64,000 bases of DNA from Bacteroidales bacterium (GTDB lineage Bacteria; Bacteroidota; Bacteroidia; Bacteroidales; UBA932): assembly GCA_028708215.1 (NCBI GenBank), contig JAQVZL010000002.1, positions 1,605 through 65,604 on the forward strand. The letters are read 5' to 3'. Below, piece by piece: positions 18,765 to 27,360 of the stretch. The number at the start of each line of letters is the position of its first letter. Within the stretch, counting starts at the first letter, position 1. The translations under genes and the position numbers were made by a program. The notes under the pieces are model-generated. The model did no database searches. It saw nothing but the letters and a program-made list of their open reading frames with translations, and was not told the origin of the DNA.

Positions 18765-19892
18765 ATGGTTCAAGATAAGTTTAAAGATATTAGGCCCTAT
18801 AAAGGAGAGGAGGAGGCGCTAGCGCTCTCTAGAATTGCCTCAAATCCTATTCTTAAAAACATTTCGGCATTTCTTTATCCAGACAAAAGCCCAGAGACAC
18901 TTAAAGAGTTAATCTCTTCGCTTAAAAGTGTAGATGAGTTTCAGTCTCAGGTTATGCTTTATGCAATCAAGAAGATAGTTTCAGATACAGCTAAAGAGCT
19001 AACATACTCTGGACAAGAAAAGATATCTCAAAACAGAAAAGAGTTGCTTATTTCTAACCATAGAGACATTTTATTAGATTCAGCAATAATTCAGGTTATC
19101 TTGTTTATTAATAACCTTACAACATCTGAAATGGCTGTTGGAGACAATCTAATAACAGATCAATTTATGGAAGATGTTGCAAGGTCTAATAAAATGATTA
19201 AAGTAGTGCGGAGCAGTAATCCCAGAGAAATTTATAACTCCTCTCTGCTTCTATCTGAATATATTAGAAAAACCATTTCTAGTAATAGATCTTCTGTATG
19301 GATAGCTCAAAGGAATGGAAGAACCAAAAATGGAGTAGATTTAACCGAGCAAGGTCTTCTAAAAATGTTATGTATGAGTGGTTCTGGTAATTTTGAAAAA
19401 GATTTTTTAGAACTATCCATTACACCAGTTGCTATCTCTTATGAATATGAACCATGTGACTTTTTGAAGGCAAGAGAGATATATATATCACAAAGAACTA
19501 AATACAAAAAAGCTCCAGGAGAAGATTTAAATAGTATTCTAACTGGTATAATGCAATATAAAGGAAATATTCACATCCACTTTTGTGACCCTATAGATAA
19601 AGCAGAATTATCTCTCTGTTCAGAAATGGCGAAAAATGAAAAATATAAAAAGCTTGCAGAAATTATTGATTCTCGTATCTATTCAAAGTACCGTATATGG
19701 AAAACGAATATGATTGCATATGACATTTTAAACTCCTCTTCAAAATACTCACAAGAGTACAACAAAGAGGAGTTTAATGCTTTCAAAGACTATTGTGATT
19801 ATAAAATTTCTAATTTTTATGGAGATAAAGAAGAGATGAGAAATATTTTCCTCTCTATTTATGCAAATCCAATCACAAAACAGTCTATTTAA
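18765..19892 (+). CDS. PlsC-like (glycerolipid/lysophospholipid) acyltransferase family protein
   Basis: 375 aa. ISNHRDILLDSA resembles acyltransferase motif I, although the spacing is H-x5-D rather than the canonical H-x4-D. AQRNGRTKNG resembles motif III. It lies directly downstream of the acyl-CoA ligase. Confidence 0.6.
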   Translation: MVQDKFKDIRPYKGEEEALALSRIASNPILKNISAFLYPDKSPETLKELISSLKSVDEFQSQVMLYAIKKIVSDTAKELTYSGQEKISQNRKELLISNHRDILLDSAIIQVILFINNLTTSEMAVGDNLITDQFMEDVARSNKMIKVVRSSNPREIYNSSLLLSEYIRKTISSNRSSVWIAQRNGRTKNGVDLTEQGLLKMLCMSGSGNFEKDFLELSITPVAISYEYEPCDFLKAREIYISQRTKYKKAPGEDLNSILTGIMQYKGNIHIHFCDPIDKAELSLCSEMAKNEKYKKLAEIIDSRIYSKYRIWKTNMIAYDILNSSSKYSQEYNKEEFNAFKDYCDYKISNFYGDKEEMRNIFLSIYANPITKQSI

Positions 19893-20785
19893 TTTTTCTT
19901 AAGATTTACATCTAATTGAGGGAGAGGGAATTCAAATCCTTTCTCTGGATATTTTATGTATATGTTCTCATAAATTTCAAAATAGAGGCTCCAGAAATCT
20001 TCAGTTTTAACCCAAGCTCTAGCAACAATTACAACAGAACTATCTGCCATTTCGCTTAAAGCAGCAAAAGGGGCAGCTGGCTCTTGTAAAACTCGGCTGT
20101 CTTTGCTTAGCATATCTAAAATAAGTTGCTTAGCAGCTTGAATATCATGCCCATAAGTGAGTGAAAACTTCCATTCTACTCTTCTTACACCAGTTTGAGA
20201 AAAGTTGTTAACTATGCCATTAGAGAGGGGGCCATTAGGTACAATTATCATCTTATTATCTGGAGTTGTCATAAAAGTATTAGTAATTTTAATCTCTTTA
20301 ACAGTGCCCATATACCCTTGTGCTTCTATAAAGTCTCCCACCTTAAAAGGTTTGAAAAGTAAAATCATAACCCCACCTGCAAAATTTTGAAGGGTTCCAC
20401 TTAGAGCCATACCAACAGCTAAACCACCTGCGGCAATTAGAGCTGCGAAAGAGGCTGTATTAATTCCAAGTACTCCTATAATTATTATTACAAGAAGTAT
20501 TGTAAGAGAGATAGAGATAAAACTTAGCAAAAAGCTTCTTAAAGATAGCTCTACATCTTTTTTCTCCATAACTATATTAGTTAACTTTTGGAGCTTTTTA
20601 ATTAGCCAGTTACCAATATAGTAGATAATAATAGCTACTACTATTTTTATAGCTAGAGAGAGAGCCATTTCTCCTAAAGAAGAGAGTATTTCACTAGAGT
20701 TAGCCGAAGTTAATGTTGATAATTTTTCTTCTAAACTTACACTTTTAAGAGTGTCTGCTTGTATTGTTGTAAAATTTAATAACAT
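19889..20785 (-). CDS. Small-conductance mechanosensitive channel (MscS family)
   Basis: 298 aa. Three TM helices followed by the conserved FKVGDFIE...GTVKEI beta-domain. Confidence 0.85.
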   Translation of the reverse strand: MLLNFTTIQADTLKSVSLEEKLSTLTSANSSEILSSLGEMALSLAIKIVVAIIIYYIGNWLIKKLQKLTNIVMEKKDVELSLRSFLLSFISISLTILLVIIIIGVLGINTASFAALIAAGGLAVGMALSGTLQNFAGGVMILLFKPFKVGDFIEAQGYMGTVKEIKITNTFMTTPDNKMIIVPNGPLSNGIVNNFSQTGVRRVEWKFSLTYGHDIQAAKQLILDMLSKDSRVLQEPAAPFAALSEMADSSVVIVARAWVKTEDFWSLYFEIYENIYIKYPEKGFEFPLPQLDVNLKKN

Positions 20786-20802
20786 AAGACTGTGAATTTA
20801 TT

Positions 20803-20841
20803 TATAACACAATTGTTCTACGATAAAACAATTGTGTTATA
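20803..20841. promoter_or_regulatory. Perfect 15-bp inverted repeat TATAACACAATTGTT-(9 nt)-AACAATTGTGTTATA in the mscS / lysine-operon divergent region
   Basis: Arms are 20803-20817 and 20827-20841. Each arm contains the sub-palindrome ACAATTGT. The repeat lies 17 nt upstream of the mscS ATG and downstream of a minus-strand -7 box candidate (CAAAATTA, 20886-20893). Confidence 0.4.
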
Positions 20842-20987
20842 TTAGTTAATATTGAGCTTTTTATAGCAGATTAGTACTTAGACTTCAAAATTAGCCCTTT
20901 TGCTACTAAAAAACAAAAAAATATAACGCACAAAGCATACCCAGCTACAATCTCCATTTAGCTATTGCTTTAAACCTACAAAATTTG

Positions 20988-20995
20988 TATTTTTG
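20988..20995 (+). promoter_or_regulatory. Candidate -7 box TATTTTTG for the lysine fermentation operon
   Basis: TAnnTTTG match 43 nt upstream of ATG 21038. It is the only such match close to the operon start. Confidence 0.35.
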
Positions 20996-21037
20996 CGGAA
21001 TTGAATCTTTCACATTAATATACAAACTTTAAAAAAA

Positions 21038-21685
21038 ATGGATAAGTCAATTAATCTGAGTCAAGTCGTTGAAAAGGTAAAAGATGGAATGACCGTTATG
21101 GTTGGTGGATTCCTCATAAACGGAGGCCCTAATACTATTATGGATGCAATGGCATCTTCTGGAGTGGGTAATCTTACCCTTATATGTAATGATGCTGCCT
21201 TTGCAGATAAAGGTTTAGGTAAATTAATTTCAAATGGTCAGGTTAAGAAGCTTATAACTTCTTATATAGGCAGTAATACATCTGCTGTAGACTTTATGAA
21301 CAACTCTACTTTAGAGGTTGAGTTTTCACCTCAAGGGACTCTTGCAGAAAGAATAAGAGCTGCAGGGGCAGGATTAGGAGGAGTACTTACTCCAACTGGT
21401 CTGGGTACTGTTGTTGAAAAAGGTAAGAAGGTAATAAATGTAGATGGTAAAGATTTCTTATTGGAAAAGCCTTTAAAGGCAGATATAGCTTTTGTAGGAG
21501 CGTCTATCTCAGATAAAATGGGCAATCTTTATTATAAGGGAACAACAAGAAACTTTAATCCACTTATGGCAATGGCGGCCGATCTAGTAATAGTAGAGGC
21601 CCAAGAGGTAGTTGAAACAGGATCTATATTACCAGAGAATGTTCATACTCCTGCCGTTTTAATAGATTATATATTCACTAAATAA
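21038..21685 (+). CDS. atoD: 3-oxoacid / butyryl-CoA:acetoacetate CoA-transferase, subunit A
   Basis: 215 aa. N-terminal [12 protein letters not shown] and [25 protein letters not shown], typical of family I CoA-transferase alpha subunits. Confidence 0.85.
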   Translation: MDKSINLSQVVEKVKDGMTVMVGGFLINGGPNTIMDAMASSGVGNLTLICNDAAFADKGLGKLISNGQVKKLITSYIGSNTSAVDFMNNSTLEVEFSPQGTLAERIRAAGAGLGGVLTPTGLGTVVEKGKKVINVDGKDFLLEKPLKADIAFVGASISDKMGNLYYKGTTRNFNPLMAMAADLVIVEAQEVVETGSILPENVHTPAVLIDYIFTK

Positions 21686-21692
21686 TTTTGAT

Positions 21693-22085
21693 ATGTCTCA
21701 AAAAGCAATGATTAGAGTTCGGATGAGCTCACAGGATGCACATTATGGCGGAAACCTTGTTGATGGCGCTAAAATGCTTCAACTGTTTGGAGATGTAGCT
21801 ACAGAGCTACTTATAAGAGAAGATGGAGATGAAGGCCTCTTTAGGGCTTACGATAGTGTAGATTTTTTGGCACCTGTTTATGCAGGTGACTTTATTGAAG
21901 TAACAGGCGAAATTGTCCATTTAGGTGGAAGTTCTAGAAAAATGGAATTTGTTGCAAAAAAAGTTATAGTTCCAAGAGCAGATATTTCAGGATCGGCAGC
22001 AGATTTTCTAGATGAGCCAATAGTTGTTTGTAAAGCTAGCGGAACCTGTATAACCCCCAAGAATTGTCAAAGAAAAAACAAATAG
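21693..22085 (+). CDS. kal: 3-aminobutyryl-CoA ammonia-lyase (hotdog fold)
   Basis: 130 aa. The size and the position next to kce/kdd match the Kal family of the lysine fermentation pathway; motifs include [10 protein letters not shown] and [12 protein letters not shown]. Confidence 0.75.
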   Translation: MSQKAMIRVRMSSQDAHYGGNLVDGAKMLQLFGDVATELLIREDGDEGLFRAYDSVDFLAPVYAGDFIEVTGEIVHLGGSSRKMEFVAKKVIVPRADISGSAADFLDEPIVVCKASGTCITPKNCQRKNK

Positions 22086-22088
22086 ATT

Positions 22089-22916
22089 ATGGAGAAATTA
22101 ATTATAACAGCCGCCATTAGTGGGGCAGAAGTATTAAAAGAGCATAATCCAGCAGTACCATATACTGTAGAAGAGTGTGCAAGAGAAGCTAAAAGTGCAT
22201 ATGATGCAGGTGCTAGCATTATTCATTTACATGTTCGTCATGACGATGGAACTCCAACACAAGATAAAAATCGCTTTAAAGAGGTTATGGATGCCATCTA
22301 TAAAGTTTGTCCAGATATTATTATTCAACCTTCTACTGGTGGAGCTGTTGGAATGACAGATGACGAGAGACTACAACCTACAGAATTGAATCCAGAGATG
22401 GCTACACTAGATTGTGGCACATTAAACTTTGGAGGAGATGAGGTGTTTACCAATACAGAGAATACAATTAAGTATTTTGGTAAGAGAATGATTGAGCGTG
22501 GGATTAAGCCAGAGCTTGAAGTATTTGACAAGAGTATGATAGATATGGCTTTGAGGTTACATAAAAAAGGTTTTATAACCAACCCAATGCATTTCGACTT
22601 TGTTATGGGCGTGAATGGTGGAATAACTGGAGAGCTTCGTGACTTTGTATTCTTAAGAGGTAGCATTCCTGCTGGATCTACATATACAGTTGCTGGTGTT
22701 GGAAGGTTTGAATTCCCTTTAGCTGCTGCTGCAATTATAGATGGAGGCCATGTAAGGGTAGGATTTGAAGATAATGTATATCTTTCTAAAGGTGTTCTTG
22801 CCAAATCAAATGGTGAGTTAGTAGAAAAAGTTGTAAGAATAGCAAAAGAGTTTGGCCGAGAAATTGCAACTCCTGCTGAAGCCAGAAAAATACTCGGCTT
22901 AAAACCAAAAAATTAA
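22089..22916 (+). CDS. kce: 3-keto-5-aminohexanoate cleavage enzyme (BKACE / DUF849 family)
   Basis: 275 aa TIM-barrel BKACE protein. LIITAAISGAE and IIHLHVRHDDG (Zn-binding His pair) motifs, in lysine-operon context. Confidence 0.85.
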   Translation: MEKLIITAAISGAEVLKEHNPAVPYTVEECAREAKSAYDAGASIIHLHVRHDDGTPTQDKNRFKEVMDAIYKVCPDIIIQPSTGGAVGMTDDERLQPTELNPEMATLDCGTLNFGGDEVFTNTENTIKYFGKRMIERGIKPELEVFDKSMIDMALRLHKKGFITNPMHFDFVMGVNGGITGELRDFVFLRGSIPAGSTYTVAGVGRFEFPLAAAAIIDGGHVRVGFEDNVYLSKGVLAKSNGELVEKVVRIAKEFGREIATPAEARKILGLKPKN

Positions 22917-22953
22917 TAAATCATATTTACACTAATTTAATATCGTAAAAACA

Positions 22954-23994
22954 ATGAAAAAGGGCAATAAATATGGAATCCACAGAGTTATAGAACCTAA
23001 AGGTGTTCTCCCTCAACCCGCAAACAAAATAGACAATAACATGGATGAGATTTTCGATAATGAAATTCTTATTGATGTTCAAACATTAAATGTAGACTCG
23101 GCAAGCTTTACACAAATAGAAGAACAAGCTGGCGGAGATAAAGAGAAGATTGCTCAAATAATGCTTGACATTGTTGCAAAACAAGGAAAACATCGTAATC
23201 CTGTTACAGGGTCTGGAGGTATGCTTTTGGGAACTGTTGAAAAAATAGGAGATGCTCTCATTGGTAAAACAGATCTTAAAGTTGGTGATAAAATAGCTAC
23301 TCTAGTATCATTGTCATTAACACCTTTAAGAATTGATAAGGTAAAAGATATTCGTCCAGATATAGACCAAGTAGATATAGATGGAAAAGCTATTCTTTTC
23401 GAAAGTGGAATTTATGCAAAGATTCCTAATGATATGCCAGAAAACCTTGCCCTATCGGCATTAGACGTTGCTGGAGCTCCTGCACAGACAGCTAAATTAG
23501 TTAAACCAGGAGACACAGTACTTATTATTGGTGCTGGTGGAAAATCTGGAATGCTATGTAGTTATGAAGCAAAAAAACGTGCTGGTGTTACTGGTAAGGT
23601 TATAGGAATGTGTCATAGTGAAAGAAGTACTAACAGACTTAAAGATCTAGATCTATGTGACCATGTTTTTGGTGCAGATGCTACTCAGCCTGTAGCTATT
23701 CTTGAGAAGATAGAAGAGCTTACAAATGGAGAGATGTGTGATGTTGTTATTAATAACGTTAACATTACAGATACAGAAATGACAAGTATCTTATCTACTA
23801 AAGATAACGGTATGGTCTATTTCTTCTCTATGGCTACAAGCTTTACAAAAGCTGCACTAGGTGCCGAGGGTGTTGGTAAAGATGTAAATATGATTGTTGG
23901 TAATGGTTATACTAAAGGTCATGCAGAAATTACTCTTCAGATTTTAAGAGAGTCAGAAAAAATAAGAAAAGTATTTACAGAGCTTTATGCATAA
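22954..23994 (+). CDS. kdd: L-erythro-3,5-diaminohexanoate dehydrogenase, copy 1
   Basis: 346 aa. YGIHRVIEP N-terminus, NPVTGSGGML, Rossmann motif IIGAGGKSG, and C-terminal FFSMATSFTKAALGAEGVGKD. Confidence 0.85.
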   Translation: MKKGNKYGIHRVIEPKGVLPQPANKIDNNMDEIFDNEILIDVQTLNVDSASFTQIEEQAGGDKEKIAQIMLDIVAKQGKHRNPVTGSGGMLLGTVEKIGDALIGKTDLKVGDKIATLVSLSLTPLRIDKVKDIRPDIDQVDIDGKAILFESGIYAKIPNDMPENLALSALDVAGAPAQTAKLVKPGDTVLIIGAGGKSGMLCSYEAKKRAGVTGKVIGMCHSERSTNRLKDLDLCDHVFGADATQPVAILEKIEELTNGEMCDVVINNVNITDTEMTSILSTKDNGMVYFFSMATSFTKAALGAEGVGKDVNMIVGNGYTKGHAEITLQILRESEKIRKVFTELYA

Positions 23995-25036
23995 AGAGAA
24001 TAAAAAAACAGGTTGTAGGTATGGTACCCATAGGGTTATTTCCCCTGTGGATACTTTACCTCAACCAGCACAAAAGCTTGATAATACAATGGAAATCTAC
24101 GATAATGAGGTGCTCATTGAGGTGAGCACCCTTAACGTAGATTCTGCTTCATATACACAGTTAAAGCAAGAGTGTGGGTCAGATGCAGCTAAAATGGAAA
24201 AGATGATACTTTCCATTATAGAAGAGAGAGGGAAACTACAGAACCCCACTACTGGATCTGGCGGTATGCTTATTGGTACTGTTAAGGAGATTGGTAAAAA
24301 CTACCCTAAGAACCGTTTGAAAGTTGGAGATAAAATTGCTACATTAGTCTCACTTTCCCTTACTCCTTTAAAATTAAAGTCTATCAAAAAACTATCTCCA
24401 TTATCAGATCAGATAGATGTAGAGGGAGAGGCTATTCTTTTTGAGAGTGGTCTCTTTGCTATTTTACCAGACGACATACCTGAAAAATTGGCATTAGCTG
24501 CATTAGATGTTGCAGGCGCACCTGCCCAGGTAGATAGGCTTGTTACAGAAGGAGATATTGTCTGTATAATTGGTGGAGGAGGTAAGTCTGGCATTTTATG
24601 TTGCTACCAAGCTATGCAAAATGCTGCACCTTCTGGAAAGGTTATAGTTGTTGAGTTTTCCAAAGAAAATGCTCAACGTATTAAAGACCTTAATCTTGCA
24701 ACAGATATAATAGTTGCAGATGCTACCAATGTAATGGATGTATATACTCAAGTTATGGAAATAACAGGTGGAAGAGGTTGTGATGTTACAGTTAACAATG
24801 TTAATGTCCCCTCTACAGAGATGACATCAATTTTAGTTACAAAGGGCCAAGGGCATGTCTATTTTTTCTCTATGGCTACCAGCTTTACAAAAGCAGCACT
24901 AGGGGCAGAGGGTGTTGGTAAAGATATTAATCTAATTGTTGGCAATGGCTTTGCCAAGGGTCATGCAAATCTTACTCTCAATATTTTAAGAGAGTCAAAA
25001 GAGATACGAGAGTTATTTGAAAAATTATATATTTAA
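23987..25036 (+). CDS. 3,5-diaminohexanoate dehydrogenase paralogue, copy 2 (substrate and cofactor specificity possibly diverged)
   Basis: 349 aa, collinear with copy 1 at roughly 60 percent identity by eye. Rossmann motif IIGGGGKSG. The start ATG overlaps the copy-1 stop by 8 nt (ATGCATAA). Confidence 0.8.
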   Translation: MHKENKKTGCRYGTHRVISPVDTLPQPAQKLDNTMEIYDNEVLIEVSTLNVDSASYTQLKQECGSDAAKMEKMILSIIEERGKLQNPTTGSGGMLIGTVKEIGKNYPKNRLKVGDKIATLVSLSLTPLKLKSIKKLSPLSDQIDVEGEAILFESGLFAILPDDIPEKLALAALDVAGAPAQVDRLVTEGDIVCIIGGGGKSGILCCYQAMQNAAPSGKVIVVEFSKENAQRIKDLNLATDIIVADATNVMDVYTQVMEITGGRGCDVTVNNVNVPSTEMTSILVTKGQGHVYFFSMATSFTKAALGAEGVGKDINLIVGNGFAKGHANLTLNILRESKEIRELFEKLYI

Positions 25037-25040
25037 TATT

Positions 25041-26285
25041 ATGACAGTTAGTAGACGTAAAGTATTGTTTCCTAATGTTACAGATGAACAGTGGAACGAT
25101 TGGAAATGGCAAGTTAGAAACAGAATTGAGACTCTAGACCAACTTAAAGAGCTTATCCCTCTTACAAATGAGGAGCAGCAGGGAGTTCAGGAATCTCTTA
25201 AGACTATAAGAATGGCAATTACGCCATACTATCTTAGTTTAATAGACCCAGAAGACCCTAATTGTCCTATTCGTAAGCAGGCAATACCAACTCATGCAGA
25301 GACAGAAATTTCTGCAGCAGATCTACTAGACCCTCTTAGTGAAGACGAAGACTCTCCAGTGCCGGGCCTTACCCATAGATATCCAGATAGAGTTCTGTTA
25401 CTAATAACAGATATGTGTTCTATGTATTGTAGGCATTGTACTAGAAGGAGATTTGCCGGGCAAAAAGATGGAGAAAGCTCTAAAGATAATGTTCAAAAAG
25501 CAATAGACTATATAGCAAGAACCCCACAAGTAAGAGATGTACTACTATCTGGAGGAGATGCTCTTATGGTTTCAGATGCAAAGTTAGAATCTATAATTCA
25601 AAGACTTAGAGCTATACCTCATGTAGAGATAATAAGAATAGGTTCAAGAGTTCCTGTTGTATGCCCTCAAAGAATTACAGATGATCTAGTTAAAATGCTT
25701 GCTAAGTACCATCCTGTATGGCTTAATACACATTTTAATCACCCAGTAGAAATTACACCTGAGTCTACAGAGGCTTGTGCAAAAATGGCAAATGCAGGTA
25801 TCCCTCTTGGAAACCAATCTGTGTTATTAAGAGGTATAAACGACTGTGTTAATATAATGAAACGTCTTGTTCATAAGTTAGTTAAGATTAGAGTAAGGCC
25901 TTATTATATATACCAATGTGATCTATCTAGAGGTCTAGAGCACTTCCGTACCCCAGTTTCTAAAGGTATTGAAATAATTGAAGGCCTAAGAGGTCACACC
26001 TCTGGTTTTGCTGTTCCAACATTTGTTGTAGATGCCCCAGGTGGTGGTGGTAAGACACCGGTAATGCCTACTTATGTTATCTCGCAATCTCCTGGTAAAA
26101 TTGTTTTAAGAAACTTTGAGGGAGTAATAACAACATATACAGAGCCAGACGAGTACGTAAACAGATGTGAGTGTCCAGATTGTAAAGATAATGCCAAGAA
26201 AGAGGGAGTAGCTGCACTTCTAGCTGGTCAAGAGCTTAATATAGAACCTGCAGTTCTTTCTAGAAAACAGAGATCTCATAAGTAA
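25041..26285 (+). CDS. kamA: L-lysine 2,3-aminomutase (radical SAM, PLP)
   Basis: CSMYCRHCTRR CX3CX2C motif, and an N-terminus ending EQWNDWKWQVRNRI typical of KamA. I prefer ATG 25041 (MTVSRRK...) over the tracked 25017, which would overlap kdd copy 2. Confidence 0.9.
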   Translation: MTVSRRKVLFPNVTDEQWNDWKWQVRNRIETLDQLKELIPLTNEEQQGVQESLKTIRMAITPYYLSLIDPEDPNCPIRKQAIPTHAETEISAADLLDPLSEDEDSPVPGLTHRYPDRVLLLITDMCSMYCRHCTRRRFAGQKDGESSKDNVQKAIDYIARTPQVRDVLLSGGDALMVSDAKLESIIQRLRAIPHVEIIRIGSRVPVVCPQRITDDLVKMLAKYHPVWLNTHFNHPVEITPESTEACAKMANAGIPLGNQSVLLRGINDCVNIMKRLVHKLVKIRVRPYYIYQCDLSRGLEHFRTPVSKGIEIIEGLRGHTSGFAVPTFVVDAPGGGGKTPVMPTYVISQSPGKIVLRNFEGVITTYTEPDEYVNRCECPDCKDNAKKEGVAALLAGQELNIEPAVLSRKQRSHK

Positions 26286-26291
26286 TTAAAT

Positions 26292-27335
26292 ATGCCGTTC
26301 ATTCAAGAGCTCCTAAAGTATAGATCATTATCTATAGTAGGCCTTGAGAAGAATACCGGTAAAACAGAGTGTTTAAACTATGTATTGGACAGGCTCCCAT
26401 TAGATAAAATAAGGGTGGGAGTCAGTTCAATAGGTTTAGATGGTGAACGTACAGACCAAGTAACACGAAGTTCAAAACCGGAAATTATTCTCAGGGAGGG
26501 GGTTCTTTTCACTACAAGTGAAAAACATTATAAACAGAGACGGATTATTTCGGAATTAATAGAAGTAGAAGACCAACACACCTCTTTAGGGAGATTAATC
26601 ACAGCTAGAGCTGTTTCTAGTGGAAAAGTAATGTTGTCTGGGCCTCCCTCTTCACAATCTCTTAGAAGGTGGATAGATAGGCTTAAAACTAACTATAATG
26701 TAGATCTATGCATTATTGATGGAGCACTATCAAGATTATCTCCAGCCTCTCCAGCTATTTCTGAAGCTATGATTTTAGCAACAGGTGCGGCCCTTAGTAT
26801 GTCTATTAATGAGTTGATAAACAAAACTGCATTTACAGTAGAGCTTATAGGCATTGAGAAGAGTAAAAAAAAGATTAGTGATTTATTAGCAGAGAAACCT
26901 AGTGGTGTTTGGAACTATAATAGTCTTAATAGAAACTTTTCACCATTATATGAATCGGCCTTCACATTAGAAAGAGAATTTAATGGTGTAGGTAATGAGG
27001 GAGACCATAAAAAGAGCGCCCAGAGTGAATTCGATACTATTTTTATATCGGGTGCATTAACAGATAGGTTACTTAAAAAATTATCTTTGGGTAAAAGAGA
27101 GATTACAAAAGAGGTAGTTGTTAGAGATTTTACTAAAATCTTTATAACACCTTTAACTTATAGAAATTTTATAAAGAGAGGAGGGAAAATATCTGTCCTT
27201 CAAAGAAGTAACCTAATTGCTGTTTGTGTTAACCCTGTCTCTCCTAATGGATATTCATTAGACTCAAATATGCTCTGTAAAGAGTTAGAAGCAAAAATAG
27301 GGTTGCCAGTTTATGATATTTTTAATTATAATTAA
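26292..27335 (+). CDS. kamB: P-loop-like NTPase of unknown fold; putative lysine 5,6-aminomutase reactivase subunit (KamB-like)
   Basis: 347 aa. Deviant Walker-A-like IVGLEKNTGKT and later LCIIDGALSR resemble the DTBS/CobQ-type ATP-binding logic. Position between kamA and kamC-like/kamDE, with gaps of 6 and 25 nt. Symbol and role are assigned from context and my recollection of annotation practice, not from biochemistry. Confidence 0.5.
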   Translation: MPFIQELLKYRSLSIVGLEKNTGKTECLNYVLDRLPLDKIRVGVSSIGLDGERTDQVTRSSKPEIILREGVLFTTSEKHYKQRRIISELIEVEDQHTSLGRLITARAVSSGKVMLSGPPSSQSLRRWIDRLKTNYNVDLCIIDGALSRLSPASPAISEAMILATGAALSMSINELINKTAFTVELIGIEKSKKKISDLLAEKPSGVWNYNSLNRNFSPLYESAFTLEREFNGVGNEGDHKKSAQSEFDTIFISGALTDRLLKKLSLGKREITKEVVVRDFTKIFITPLTYRNFIKRGGKISVLQRSNLIAVCVNPVSPNGYSLDSNMLCKELEAKIGLPVYDIFNYN

Positions 27336-27360
27336 CTAATATAGATGTAGTAATAAATAG

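Noticed and set aside
20842-21037. Possible lysine (L-box) or cobalamin riboswitch in front of the lysine/B12 operon.
   Set aside because: The likely -7 box at 20988-20995 leaves only about 35-40 nt of leader. I see no extended conserved helices or B12-box-like sequence in the ~200 bp upstream.
22325-22804. 159-aa antisense ORF inside kce. Similar antisense or alternate-frame ORFs occur at 71-265, 1021-2103, 2358-2600, 5550-6076, 10057-10759, 12355-12681, 29029-29286, 32975-33669, 35980-36195, 39619-39945, 41314-41583, 46040-46384, 49992-50600, 52479-52811, 55865-56182 and 58133-58474.
   Set aside because: All lie wholly within strongly supported genes on the other strand or frame, have low-complexity or Ser/Leu/Ile-rich composition, and show no recognisable motifs. 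They are typical by-products of AT-rich coding sequence.
25017-25040. Upstream ATG extension of kamA given in the ORF track (MKNYIFNI...).
   Set aside because: It would overlap the 3' end of kdd copy 2 and adds non-conserved residues. ATG 25041 gives the canonical KamA N-terminus 4 nt after the kdd stop.
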